This document shows positions 37,406 through 45,556 of a stretch of 64,000 nucleotides of DNA, in pieces (positions within the stretch are counted from its first letter, which is position 1; each line of letters starts with the position of its first letter). The stretch spans positions 140,518-204,517 of the forward strand of contig DAOPYQ010000002.1 of NCBI GenBank assembly GCA_035352955.1, given 5' to 3'. Below the pieces are notes generated by a model that saw nothing but the letters and a program-made list of their open reading frames with translations, was not told the DNA's origin and did not search any database. Source of the stretch: Candidatus Omnitrophota bacterium. Lineage in GTDB: Bacteria > Omnitrophota > Omnitrophia > Omnitrophales > Aquincolibacteriaceae. The position numbers and the translations under genes were made by a program.

Positions 37406-38857
37406 ATGATCGATTTTAAAAATAAGGTTCTGATAATCGGCTTCGGCTCCGTCGGAAAATGCACGCTGCCGATCCTCCTGAAACACCTCCGCATTCCCTT
37501 CAAGAATATCACCGTTATCGATTTCGCCGACAAGCGCAAAGAACTTGCCCCCTGGATCAAAAAAGGCATCCGCTACTCGCAGGAACGGCTCAACCCCGTC
37601 AATGTCGCGCGCACGCTTTCTAAATATGTCTCCCCGGGAGGGATGGTGATCGACCTCGCCTGGAACATCGACTCGCTCGACATGCTCGCCTGGTGCCACG
37701 ACAACAAGGTGCTCTACATAAACACCTCCGTCGAAGAATGGGACCCCTACGCGAACATCGAAAAAAAGACCCCCCTCGAAAAATCGCTTTATTTCAAGCA
37801 GATGGAGATCCGGAAAATGACCGCCAAATGGAACGGCGATTCCACGACGGCGGTGCTCGACCACGGCGCAAACCCCGGTCTCATCTCCCATTTCACGAAA
37901 CAGGCCCTGCTCGACATCGCTGAAAAGATCGTCCACGAAAAATCGACGCGGAAAGCGGAACGCGGGATCCTGGAACGGCTGATCCGCGAAGAAAAATTCC
38001 ATCATCTTTCCATGAAGCTCGGCGTCAAGACCATCCATGTAAGTGAGCGCGACACCCAGATCACGGACCGGCCGAAAGAAGTCGATGAATTCGTCGGGAC
38101 CTGGTCGATCGAAGGCCTCCGCGAAGAAGGGACCTCCCCCGTCGAGATCGGCTGGGGAACGCATGAAAAAGAACTGCCGCCGCTTGCGACCATTCCCGAC
38201 TACGGACCGCAGAACCAGATCTTCCTCTCCCAGATGGGCATGAACACCTGGGTCCGCTCGTGGGTGCCGAATTACGAGATCGTCGGCATGGTCATCCGCC
38301 ACGGCGAGGCCTTCAGTATTTCCGAAAAGCTCACCGTCTGGAAAAAAGGACGTCCGGTCTACCGCCCGACCGTCCATTATGTCTACATGCCTTGCAACGA
38401 AACCCTTTCGTCCCTTCATGAACTTCGCTGCCGCAACTACGAACTCCAGCCGAAATGCCGCATTATGTCGGATGAGATCATCAAGGGTGCGGACATCCTC
38501 GGTTCGCTCGTGATGGGCCACCGCTACAATTCCTGGTGGACCGGAAGTATCCTGACGATCGAAGAATCCCGCGAACTCGTCCCGCACCAGAACGCCACCA
38601 CGATCCAGGTCGCGATCGGCGTCGTATCGGCGATCTGCTGGATGGTCAAAAACACGAATAAAGGCGCCTGCGTTCCGGACGATCTTCCGCATAAGGAGAT
38701 CCTCGAAACCGCAAAACCTTATCTCGGCACTTTCGTTTCCGAGGCCAACGACTGGACGCCCTTTGAAAATTACCAGGTCTTTTTCAGGGAAAATCCGGAC
38801 GCATTCCTCGATAAGAAAAACCCCTGGTGTTGCAAGAACTTCAAGTTCAAGCAGTAA
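37406..38857 (+). CDS. hss: Homospermidine synthase (saccharopine dehydrogenase superfamily)
   Basis: IIGFGSVGKCTLPIL Rossmann. Also IHVSERDTQ, TWSIEGL, EIGWGTH, WVRSW, RPTVHYVYMPCNETLSSLHE, QNATTIQV and DWTP, all collinear with bacterial homospermidine synthase hallmarks. 483 aa. Confidence 0.8.
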   Translation: MIDFKNKVLIIGFGSVGKCTLPILLKHLRIPFKNITVIDFADKRKELAPWIKKGIRYSQERLNPVNVARTLSKYVSPGGMVIDLAWNIDSLDMLAWCHDNKVLYINTSVEEWDPYANIEKKTPLEKSLYFKQMEIRKMTAKWNGDSTTAVLDHGANPGLISHFTKQALLDIAEKIVHEKSTRKAERGILERLIREEKFHHLSMKLGVKTIHVSERDTQITDRPKEVDEFVGTWSIEGLREEGTSPVEIGWGTHEKELPPLATIPDYGPQNQIFLSQMGMNTWVRSWVPNYEIVGMVIRHGEAFSISEKLTVWKKGRPVYRPTVHYVYMPCNETLSSLHELRCRNYELQPKCRIMSDEIIKGADILGSLVMGHRYNSWWTGSILTIEESRELVPHQNATTIQVAIGVVSAICWMVKNTNKGACVPDDLPHKEILETAKPYLGTFVSEANDWTPFENYQVFFRENPDAFLDKKNPWCCKNFKFKQ

Positions 38858-38868
38858 CGCCAAATTTA

Positions 38869-39215
38869 TGATCAAAAAAAGATCCCGACAGGAAATCGAG
38901 ACGAGAAAGAACATGCGCGGCGGGACCGGCGAAGTCACGATCCGGAATTATTTCAAGCCGGAGGAGATCAAAGCCCGCACCCGACTTTGCGCGGAAATGA
39001 CTCTTCCCCCCGGCGCCAGCATCGGCCTCCACGATCATGTCGAAGAAGACGAAATCTACCTCATCCAGAAAGGCACCGGCATCATGACGGATGGCGGCAA
39101 AGAAGTCACGGTCGAAGCCGGAGACGCGATCCTTACGGGCCAGGGAGCCTCTCACTCGATCCGGAACTCCGGAACCGAAGATCTCGTCGTCACCGCCATC
39201 ATCATCAAATACTAA
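38869..39215 (+). CDS. Cupin-domain protein
   Basis: GASIGLHDHVEEDEIYLIQKG…VTVEAGDAI cupin_2 motifs. Start taken at MIKKRSRQ. Confidence 0.55.
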
Positions 39216-39244
39216 AAAACCCGTCACACCGTATCAGGGACCCT

Positions 39245-40357
39245 ATGAACTCTCTTTTTCCGGCGAATGTCTTCACCCCGCCAAAAATTCTTTTCCGGAA
39301 AGGCTCCGTCGTTGAACTCTTAAAGGAGGCCGCCGAATTCGGCCCTCGGGGGATCCTCGTCCACGGCGCCTCGTTTGAAAGATCCGGTGTCCGGGAAAAG
39401 GTCCTCGAAACTTCCGCCGCGGCTCAGCTCCGGCTTGATTTTTTTTGCCGCTCCGCCGCAGAGCCCACGCTCGAGGAGATCAGTGCCATCATTCAAAAAG
39501 GCCGTTTCCTGAAAGCGGACTGGATCGCGGGCATCGGCGGCGGAAGCGTGCTCGACCTCGCCAAAGCGGCCGCGGGGCTTTTCCACGCGAAAGAAGCGCC
39601 GGGTTATTATCAGGAAGGCGGCGCACTGGCCGAAAAAGGGATCCCCTGGATCGCCGTCCCCACCACCGCCGGAAGCGGCTCGGAAGCGACACTGAATTCC
39701 GTCATCATCAACCCGGAAAAAAAAGTGAAGCTTTCGATCCGGCATACTAATTTCCTCGCCGCGAAAGTCATTCTGGACCCGGAGCTGCTCCGCGGAGCTC
39801 CGTTCCAGGTCCTCTGCCACTCCGGCATGGACGCACTGGTTCAGGCCTATGAATCCTTCATCTCGAAAAATTCCACCTGGTTCAGTGAAAATTACGCGTT
39901 GAAGGCCATCCAGTTGATCAACCGCCACATCGTTCCGGCCCTGACGAACGGCAAAGACGAAGACCTTGAGGCGATGATGCTGGGAAGCTTTCTTTCCGGT
40001 CTGGCCTTTTCTCACTCGCGCCTCGGAGTGATCCACGGCATCGCGCACCCGCTCGGCGTCCTCTACGGCCTTCCGCACGGGCTGATCTGCTCGGTCTGCT
40101 TTGCGCCTTCGATCAAACTGAATCTCCCGGTCATCCGCCAGAAATACGACATTATGAGCCGGGCCGTCGGCATGGATTTCCTGGTCAGGATCACGGAACT
40201 CGTCACAACGCTGAAGATCGTTTCCCCCTTCAAAGGCAAACCGGTCCTCGAAAAAGAAACGATCGTCTCCGAAACCCTCAGGTCCGGCTCCACCGCCGCA
40301 AACCCAAAGACCGTTACCCGCGAAGACGTGGAATTCCTTCTGCGGGAGATCTTTTAA
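39245..40357 (+). CDS. Iron-containing alcohol dehydrogenase family protein
   Basis: GIGGGSVLDLAKAAAG and metal-binding His motifs (HGIAHPLG); 370 aa. Start at MNSLFPANV. Confidence 0.75.
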   Translation: MNSLFPANVFTPPKILFRKGSVVELLKEAAEFGPRGILVHGASFERSGVREKVLETSAAAQLRLDFFCRSAAEPTLEEISAIIQKGRFLKADWIAGIGGGSVLDLAKAAAGLFHAKEAPGYYQEGGALAEKGIPWIAVPTTAGSGSEATLNSVIINPEKKVKLSIRHTNFLAAKVILDPELLRGAPFQVLCHSGMDALVQAYESFISKNSTWFSENYALKAIQLINRHIVPALTNGKDEDLEAMMLGSFLSGLAFSHSRLGVIHGIAHPLGVLYGLPHGLICSVCFAPSIKLNLPVIRQKYDIMSRAVGMDFLVRITELVTTLKIVSPFKGKPVLEKETIVSETLRSGSTAANPKTVTREDVEFLLREIF

Positions 40358-40380
40358 AAGAAGGGCGACCTCCATTCTTG

Positions 40381-40452
40381 AGCGCAACGCTCAACGGACA
40401 ACGCACAACGTCAAAACCTTTTAAAATCGTTGCGCGTTGTGCGCCATACGTT
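40381..40452. repeat. CAACG/CGTTG-rich element forming an imperfect 12-bp-stem hairpin (caacgcacaacg …17 nt… cgttgcgcgttg); probable terminator/regulatory element. Related to the elements at 52276 and 54062.
   Basis: Seven CAACG/CGTTG pentamers in ~75 nt; followed by a T-rich tract. Confidence 0.4.
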
Positions 40453-40500
40453 GCGCGCAAAAATATTCTTTTATTTTTGCATTTATGTTAGCATGAATTT

Positions 40501-41385
40501 ATGAACCATTTTTTTCAGTACATGGCTGTTTTGCTCCTGACGCTGCTTGCCAAAGCCCTCCCGGTGGAAATCTCGACCTGGATCGCCCGCCGCGTCGGCG
40601 ACCTTTCTTATCTGATCCTCGCAAAACGGCGGAAGATCGCCCTTGAGAACGTCACCCGCGCCTTTGGCGACTCGATGCCTCTTGCCCGGAAAAAACAGAT
40701 CGTCCATTCAGCCTTCGAGAGCGCCTCGCTTTCCATGATGGAACTTTTCATCGTCGAAAAGATCAAGAAGGACGTCGAAAAACGGATCACGCTCCACGGC
40801 AATGAGTTCATGGAAAAAGCCTTTTCCGGAAACAAAGGCGTGGTTCTTGTGATCTCGCACCTGGGCTCGTGGGAATATCTTTCTTTCCTTCCTTATTTCA
40901 CCAAGCGTCCTTGGGCCGTCGTGGTCAAGGATATCAAGAACCCCTATCTGGACAAAGCCATCGACGCCATGCGCCGCATCATGACCGTGGTCCCGATCCC
41001 CAAAAACAGTTCGATCCGGACCATTCTCAAAGAACTCAAAAGCGGCCACGGCGTGGCGATCCTGATCGACCAGTGGGCCGGCGACCAGGGGATCTGGAGC
41101 GACTTCTTCAATATCGGCACGTCGACCACGTCGATCCCCGCACGCTTGGCAGAAAAGACGGGATGCGCGCTGGTCCCCGCTTATTGCCTTCGGAAGAGCA
41201 GCGGACGCTACGAGATCCATATTGATCCGGCGCTTCCGGTCAACACCTGCGAGGCCGGTTGGGAAAGCCTGATCACAAAACAGCTGAATGAGGTCCTGGA
41301 AAACCAGATCCGGAAATATCCCGAGCAATGGCTTTGGGGGCACCGGCGGTGGAAGGACCGGAGCATTTCGAGAACGGCTGAATGA
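40501..41385 (+). CDS. lpxL: Lipid A biosynthesis lauroyl/myristoyl acyltransferase (LpxL/HtrB family)
   Basis: N-terminal TM helix, HLGSWE (HX4E-like) motif and C-terminal QWLWGHRRWK hallmark. Confidence 0.75.
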   Translation: MNHFFQYMAVLLLTLLAKALPVEISTWIARRVGDLSYLILAKRRKIALENVTRAFGDSMPLARKKQIVHSAFESASLSMMELFIVEKIKKDVEKRITLHGNEFMEKAFSGNKGVVLVISHLGSWEYLSFLPYFTKRPWAVVVKDIKNPYLDKAIDAMRRIMTVVPIPKNSSIRTILKELKSGHGVAILIDQWAGDQGIWSDFFNIGTSTTSIPARLAEKTGCALVPAYCLRKSSGRYEIHIDPALPVNTCEAGWESLITKQLNEVLENQIRKYPEQWLWGHRRWKDRSISRTAE

Positions 41386-42548
41386 ACCTTGAGATCAAGA
41401 TCGAAAAACTCGTCTTTGGCGGCGACGGTCTCGGTTTCGTCGACGGCAAGGCCTGCTTCGTCGCGGGCGCGGTCCCCGGAGAAAAGGTCCTCGCCCGCGT
41501 CTCGAACGACAAACCGAACTACTGCAAAGCGTCGCTTTTGCGCGTCCTCGAACCCGCCCCCGAACGCATCATCCCCCCCTGTCCGTACGTCGAACGCTGC
41601 GGCGGCTGCCAATACCAGCACCTCCCCTACGCGGAAGAGCTTCGCTGGAAAGAAAACCAGGTCCGCGAAAGTTTTCAGCAGGCGTTCCGCGAGCATTGCC
41701 CGCCGATCGAACCGATCCAGCGCGGCGCGAACGATTACACCTACCGCACGAGCATCACGCTCCACCGGACTCAGCAAAAGGGCCACAAACCCCAGCGCCT
41801 CGGTTTCATCGGCCGCGACAACCGCTCGGTCATCCTGATCGACCGCTGCCTGCTCGCGGACGAAACGCTGAAGAACGTTTTTACAGCGGAACATATGCTG
41901 ACGAAGAACGAGGAAAAACGCGTGTTCAAGGCCGGCGAAGGCGGGCGTGTCTACACGAGCGAGAACGAAAAGCTTTATCGCGTGATCGTCGGCGAAATCC
42001 CGTTCTGGACGGATTCGCTCGGATTTTTCCAAAACAATCTCGGCGTGACGGACCTGATCGGACGCAAGCTCGGCGAATGGGTGCGGGAGATCCAACCCGC
42101 TCGATTTCTGGACCTTTACTCGGGCGTGGGAACGTTCTCATTGCTTGCGGCACCGGAAGTGCAGGAGATCCACTGTTTCGAGGAGAACCCGTACAGCATG
42201 ACGTGCGTAGAGAAGAACTTCAAGGCGCTCGGCGTGACGCTCGCGGGGATCCACCCGGGCAAAGTGGAAAAACGTTTCCCTCACTTCATGGTCCACAACC
42301 ACAAGGAGCGGACATTGATTTTTCTCGACCCGCCGCGCCAGGGTATCGCCTCATCGCTCGCGGAATTCCTGGCAAAAGAAGAGGTTGCGGAGAATATCGC
42401 TTTTCTTGCCTGCGATCTCCCGATCCTGATCCGCGATCTCCGGCTCCTGCTCACGCAGGGCCGCTACGCCATCCGGACCGTCATTCCGTTCGACATGTTC
42501 CCCCGCACCAAACACATCGAGATCCTCTGCTGGCTGCAAAAGATCTAA
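41382..42548 (+). CDS. rlmD: 23S rRNA (uracil-5)-methyltransferase RlmD/RumA family (TRAM domain, 4Fe-4S Cys cluster, SAM methyltransferase)
   Basis: TRAM-like N-terminus (GDGLGFVDGKACFVAGAVPGEKV). CPYVERCGGCQYQHL Fe-S cysteines. C-terminal methyltransferase fold. ATGA overlap with lpxL. Confidence 0.75.
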   Translation: MNLEIKIEKLVFGGDGLGFVDGKACFVAGAVPGEKVLARVSNDKPNYCKASLLRVLEPAPERIIPPCPYVERCGGCQYQHLPYAEELRWKENQVRESFQQAFREHCPPIEPIQRGANDYTYRTSITLHRTQQKGHKPQRLGFIGRDNRSVILIDRCLLADETLKNVFTAEHMLTKNEEKRVFKAGEGGRVYTSENEKLYRVIVGEIPFWTDSLGFFQNNLGVTDLIGRKLGEWVREIQPARFLDLYSGVGTFSLLAAPEVQEIHCFEENPYSMTCVEKNFKALGVTLAGIHPGKVEKRFPHFMVHNHKERTLIFLDPPRQGIASSLAEFLAKEEVAENIAFLACDLPILIRDLRLLLTQGRYAIRTVIPFDMFPRTKHIEILCWLQKI

Positions 42549-42640
42549 CCGCAAACAACAATCCACAGACTGCAGACCACAAAAACTCGGGTCCCAAGCT
42601 CCAATCGAGGCCCGGGGATTTGAGAACCTAGGACCGTTGT

Positions 42641-43465
42641 TTATCCAGCTTTAAGAAATGCATCCACGGCTTTAACGAACGCTTCACGCTCTTCGATGTG
42701 AATGTTATGAGCCGCGCCCGGGACGGGCTGAAAAATGCCTCCGGGGAGCTCCCGGGCAAGCGCTTCGGCTTCTTCGGGGAGGATCAGAACATCTTCCGCT
42801 CCTTCCAAAACAAGCGTTCTGGCCTTGACCCTGTTCAGGCGGTCACGCGTGTCAAAGGCGGAGATGGCATCGATCTGCCCCTTGAATCCGGGGAGCTGCT
42901 GTTTGTAGCGGTTCCGAAGTCCCTTTTTGATGAGAGCCGCGATAAAAGTTTCGCGGGCAAGCGAACTCTTGGCAAAAAGCCAGGGTGTCCATTCGCGGAG
43001 CCAGGCTTCCGGATCGGTCCCCTCCTGCAATTCCCTGTAGAATTTCAGAAAAAGCTCATTGTTCCGTGCGGAGGAAACGGCAGCCGTGCTCGCCAGCACA
43101 AGCCGGTCGAGACGTTCGGGATAGCGGATCGCGAATTCCTGCGCGACGTACCCGCCCAGCGAATGCCCCAGGATATGCGCCTTGGGGACCTTCAAATGAT
43201 CGAGAAGCCGCAGGACATCCTCGGCCATGGCCGCCACCGTGTACGGCTTCTCGGGGATCTTGCTCCGGCCCGCGCCGCGGTTATCGATCGTGATCGTCTG
43301 ATAATGTTTCGGAAGCCTCGCGATCACCCCGCTCCAGCTCGCGCCGTCGGCCCCGAGGCCTGCGATCAGAACCAGCGGCGTCCCCTCCCCGCACACCTCA
43401 TAATAAAGAGGCACCTCGCCCGCAAGCATCGCCCCATGACTTTGTCGCCTATCGTGTATGATCAT
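42641..43465 (-). CDS. Alpha/beta-fold hydrolase
   Basis: GHSLGGYVA nucleophile elbow and LVLIAGLGADGASW. Confidence 0.65.
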   Translation of the reverse strand: MIIHDRRQSHGAMLAGEVPLYYEVCGEGTPLVLIAGLGADGASWSGVIARLPKHYQTITIDNRGAGRSKIPEKPYTVAAMAEDVLRLLDHLKVPKAHILGHSLGGYVAQEFAIRYPERLDRLVLASTAAVSSARNNELFLKFYRELQEGTDPEAWLREWTPWLFAKSSLARETFIAALIKKGLRNRYKQQLPGFKGQIDAISAFDTRDRLNRVKARTLVLEGAEDVLILPEEAEALARELPGGIFQPVPGAAHNIHIEEREAFVKAVDAFLKAG

Positions 43466-43534
43466 CGTCTCCGTCTCAATGAAAGCTCTGAATGTCCGTC
43501 ACATGTTTCTTCTTGTAGAGGAACTCTTTCTCGA

Positions 43535-44272
43535 TCAACGGCCGCGCGATTTCAGCCCGCCAAAGATCGACAACTCAAAGATCTTGAAAAAACAATCCAC
43601 CTGGCGGAATCCGATCTTGCGGAGCCACCGGCATTGCGCTTCCACCGGCGCGAGGATATTCGTGTCCAGAAGCTGGTTGTGATAAAAATCCCGGCTGACC
43701 TTCTCCCGGGTGAAGGAGCGGTCCAGGCGCCGAAGCCGCGCGTAAAGAGCATCGATGAAGTATTCGCTGAAGATCTTCTGGATCTCCGGGGTCGCGGACT
43801 GCACGTGCTCCAGGTTCAGAAAAAGCCCTCCCGGCGCGAGCAGATCATAGATCTGCCGATAGATCTCCTTTTTCTTCCGGTCGGTCTGATGATGGATCGA
43901 AAGCCCGGAAACGATCAGATCGAACCGGCCGTGACCGGCCACCGACCGCGGCCAGGCGGATTTTCCGTAGTCCCCTTGAATGAAGGAAAGGTGCTTGTGG
44001 TTCCGGGGCGCCTTCTTCCGCGCGGCCTCGATCATCGTCTTGGAAAAATCGAGGAACACCCCCTTCGCCCGCGGGTATTCGTCCAGGACCGCCCAGCCCA
44101 AATGCCCGTCGCCGCAACCCAGGTCGAGAAAGCTCGTCACTTTCTTACGCATTTTACGGATTAAAGTAAGAAGCACTTCCGTCTGGACTTTCGCGAGGGG
44201 GATCGCCGCGCGAACGATCTTCAAATACCGCTTCCCCAGTTTCTCATCTTTCCACAGATCCACTTTTTTCAT
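43535..44272 (-). CDS. Class I SAM-dependent methyltransferase
   Basis: LDLGCGDGHLG motif I, and LAPGGLFL. Confidence 0.65.
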   Translation of the reverse strand: MKKVDLWKDEKLGKRYLKIVRAAIPLAKVQTEVLLTLIRKMRKKVTSFLDLGCGDGHLGWAVLDEYPRAKGVFLDFSKTMIEAARKKAPRNHKHLSFIQGDYGKSAWPRSVAGHGRFDLIVSGLSIHHQTDRKKKEIYRQIYDLLAPGGLFLNLEHVQSATPEIQKIFSEYFIDALYARLRRLDRSFTREKVSRDFYHNQLLDTNILAPVEAQCRWLRKIGFRQVDCFFKIFELSIFGGLKSRGR

Positions 44273-44363
44273 AGCGCCCTTCCTTCACTCGAATTTATGA
44301 ATACTTACCAGGACGATCGATCCGCGGCAACCCGGCCCATTTTACCAATAACTTATTTTCGGC

Positions 44364-44585
44364 TTATTTGACCCGAAGGTGAAGACGAAGATCCAGAACA
44401 TGGCTCAGCCGGAGAAGGAGGTCGAGTGAAAGATTCTGAAGCCCCCGCTCAATTCTGGAAATATTGGCCTGCCGCGTACCTAACTCCCGGGCCAAACCCT
44501 GCTGCGTCAGCCCCTGCCTGAGCCTCGCCTTCGCCACAGCCCTTCCGATCTCTCTCTGTAATGCTACAAGCGACGTCTTTGCCAT
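44364..44585 (-). CDS. XRE-family helix-turn-helix transcriptional regulator
   Basis: LRQGLTQQGLARELGTRQANISRIERG HTH_3 motif; 73 aa. Confidence 0.7.
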   Translation of the reverse strand: MAKTSLVALQREIGRAVAKARLRQGLTQQGLARELGTRQANISRIERGLQNLSLDLLLRLSHVLDLRLHLRVK

Positions 44586-44619
44586 AGCTAACAGCCTCCG
44601 GGACTTCCCCCTTTTGCCG

Positions 44620-45085
44620 GAACTCTTCGCCCCACACTAACTCTACGACCGACACTAACTTTACGGCCGACACGAACCCTTCAACCGAAGCGAACTCTTC
44701 GACCCACACTAACTCTCCGTCCTACACAACTCTCCGGCCTACGCAACTCTCCGACCAGCGCTAATTCTCCGCCTACACGAACTCTGCAGCCGGCACGAAC
44801 CCTTCAACCGAAGCGAACTCTTCGACCAGAACTAACTTTCCGACCCACACTAACTCTCCGTCCCACACGACTCTCCGGCCTACGCAACTCTCCGACCAGC
44901 GCTAATTCTCCGCCTACACGAACTCTGCCGCCGGCACGAACACCTCAACCGAAGCGAACTCTCCGGCCAGAACTGACTTTCCGGCCCACACTAACTCGTC
45001 CGTCAACACCAGTTCTCCAGCCAACTCAAATTCTCCGTCTTACACAACTTTCTGTCCCACACGGTTCTCCGCACCACACCCCCAC
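44620..45085. repeat. Array of ~26 tandem degenerate 17-18-bp repeats (consensus ~YACACNAACTCTYCGRCC) with a higher-order ~123-141-bp periodicity (~3.5 copies)
   Basis: Read directly. The landmark cacgaac(c/a)c(c/t)tcaaccgaagcgaactc recurs at 44671, 44794 and 44935. One frame is open across the array but has no start codon. Confidence 0.85.
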
Positions 45086-45092
45086 GGCTATT

Positions 45093-45122
45093 TTGCCGTA
45101 TATCATATATGATATACGGCAA
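45093..45122. promoter_or_regulatory. 30-bp perfect palindrome TTGCCGTATATCATATATGATATACGGCAA (candidate operator for a dimeric HTH regulator, or hairpin)
   Basis: Checked base by base: the reverse complement equals the sequence itself. Lies between the repeat array and the 3' end of the minus-strand island genes, ~500 bp upstream of the XRE gene start. Confidence 0.8.
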
Positions 45123-45252
45123 GAAACCCATGGAATTGAACTCGGTCGGCTTATGAGTGTCCGGGCTACAGACTTCGAACGGACTGAGACCTGGCGGTGT
45201 CGTAGAAAGAACGTTGGCCTCCCTGCCGGGGGCCAAACGGAGGTCCGCGGTC

Positions 45253-45441
45253 CTATTTTGCGGCGGATTTGAACATCCAGAGCGCGAGGAGGAACGCCAC
45301 CGCCGCTCCCACAAAACTCAATTCCACGGGAATCGCGGTTTGCCCCACCGTTACCGGCGTTTTCAACAAATACCTCACGGCATGCGCCAGCGCCACCGCG
45401 AGAAAGATGACTCCCGAAACCATCAACGGCCTTTTCTGCAT
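45253..45441 (-). CDS. Small two-helix membrane protein (hypothetical)
   Basis: MQKRPLMVSGVIFLAVALAHAVRYLL…VGAAVAFLLALWMF; RBS GGGG upstream of ATG 45441. Confidence 0.35.
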   Translation of the reverse strand: MQKRPLMVSGVIFLAVALAHAVRYLLKTPVTVGQTAIPVELSFVGAAVAFLLALWMFKSAAK

Positions 45442-45556
45442 GTTTCCCCTCCCGCTGTTAACCTCTCGATGTCGTGTACGGCACACCTTGAGAAGTGACG
45501 GCATCACATTTGATTAACCGAATCAAATGCCTCCCGGACGACGTTCGATCCACAAG

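Noticed and set aside
37346-38938. 530-aa minus-strand ORF overlapping the homospermidine synthase gene
   Set aside because: It is antisense to a gene with many collinear HSS hallmark motifs. Its own translation is low-complexity (Arg/Asp/Phe/Gly-rich) with no recognisable domain.
41696-42631. 311-aa plus-strand ORF (alternate frame) and 295-aa minus-strand ORF 41208-42095 overlapping lpxL/rlmD
   Set aside because: Both are frame artefacts of GC-rich coding sequence. Their translations are Arg/Pro-rich and lack motifs, while the chosen frames carry the LpxL HRRWK and RlmD TRAM/Fe-S signatures.
42698-44164. 488-aa plus-strand ORF spanning the antisense of the alpha/beta-hydrolase and methyltransferase genes
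   Set aside because: It spans two separate well-supported minus-strand genes (GHSLGG hydrolase, LDLGCGDG methyltransferase) and the intergenic gap between them. It has no domain signal.
44592-45230. ~210-codon open frame through the 18-bp repeat array (PTLTLRPTLTLR…)
   Set aside because: It contains no ATG/GTG/TTG before codon ~165 and has no RBS. The openness is an automatic consequence of a stop-free 18-nt (6-codon) unit. It is kept as a noncoding repeat, and the alternative is flagged in the findings.
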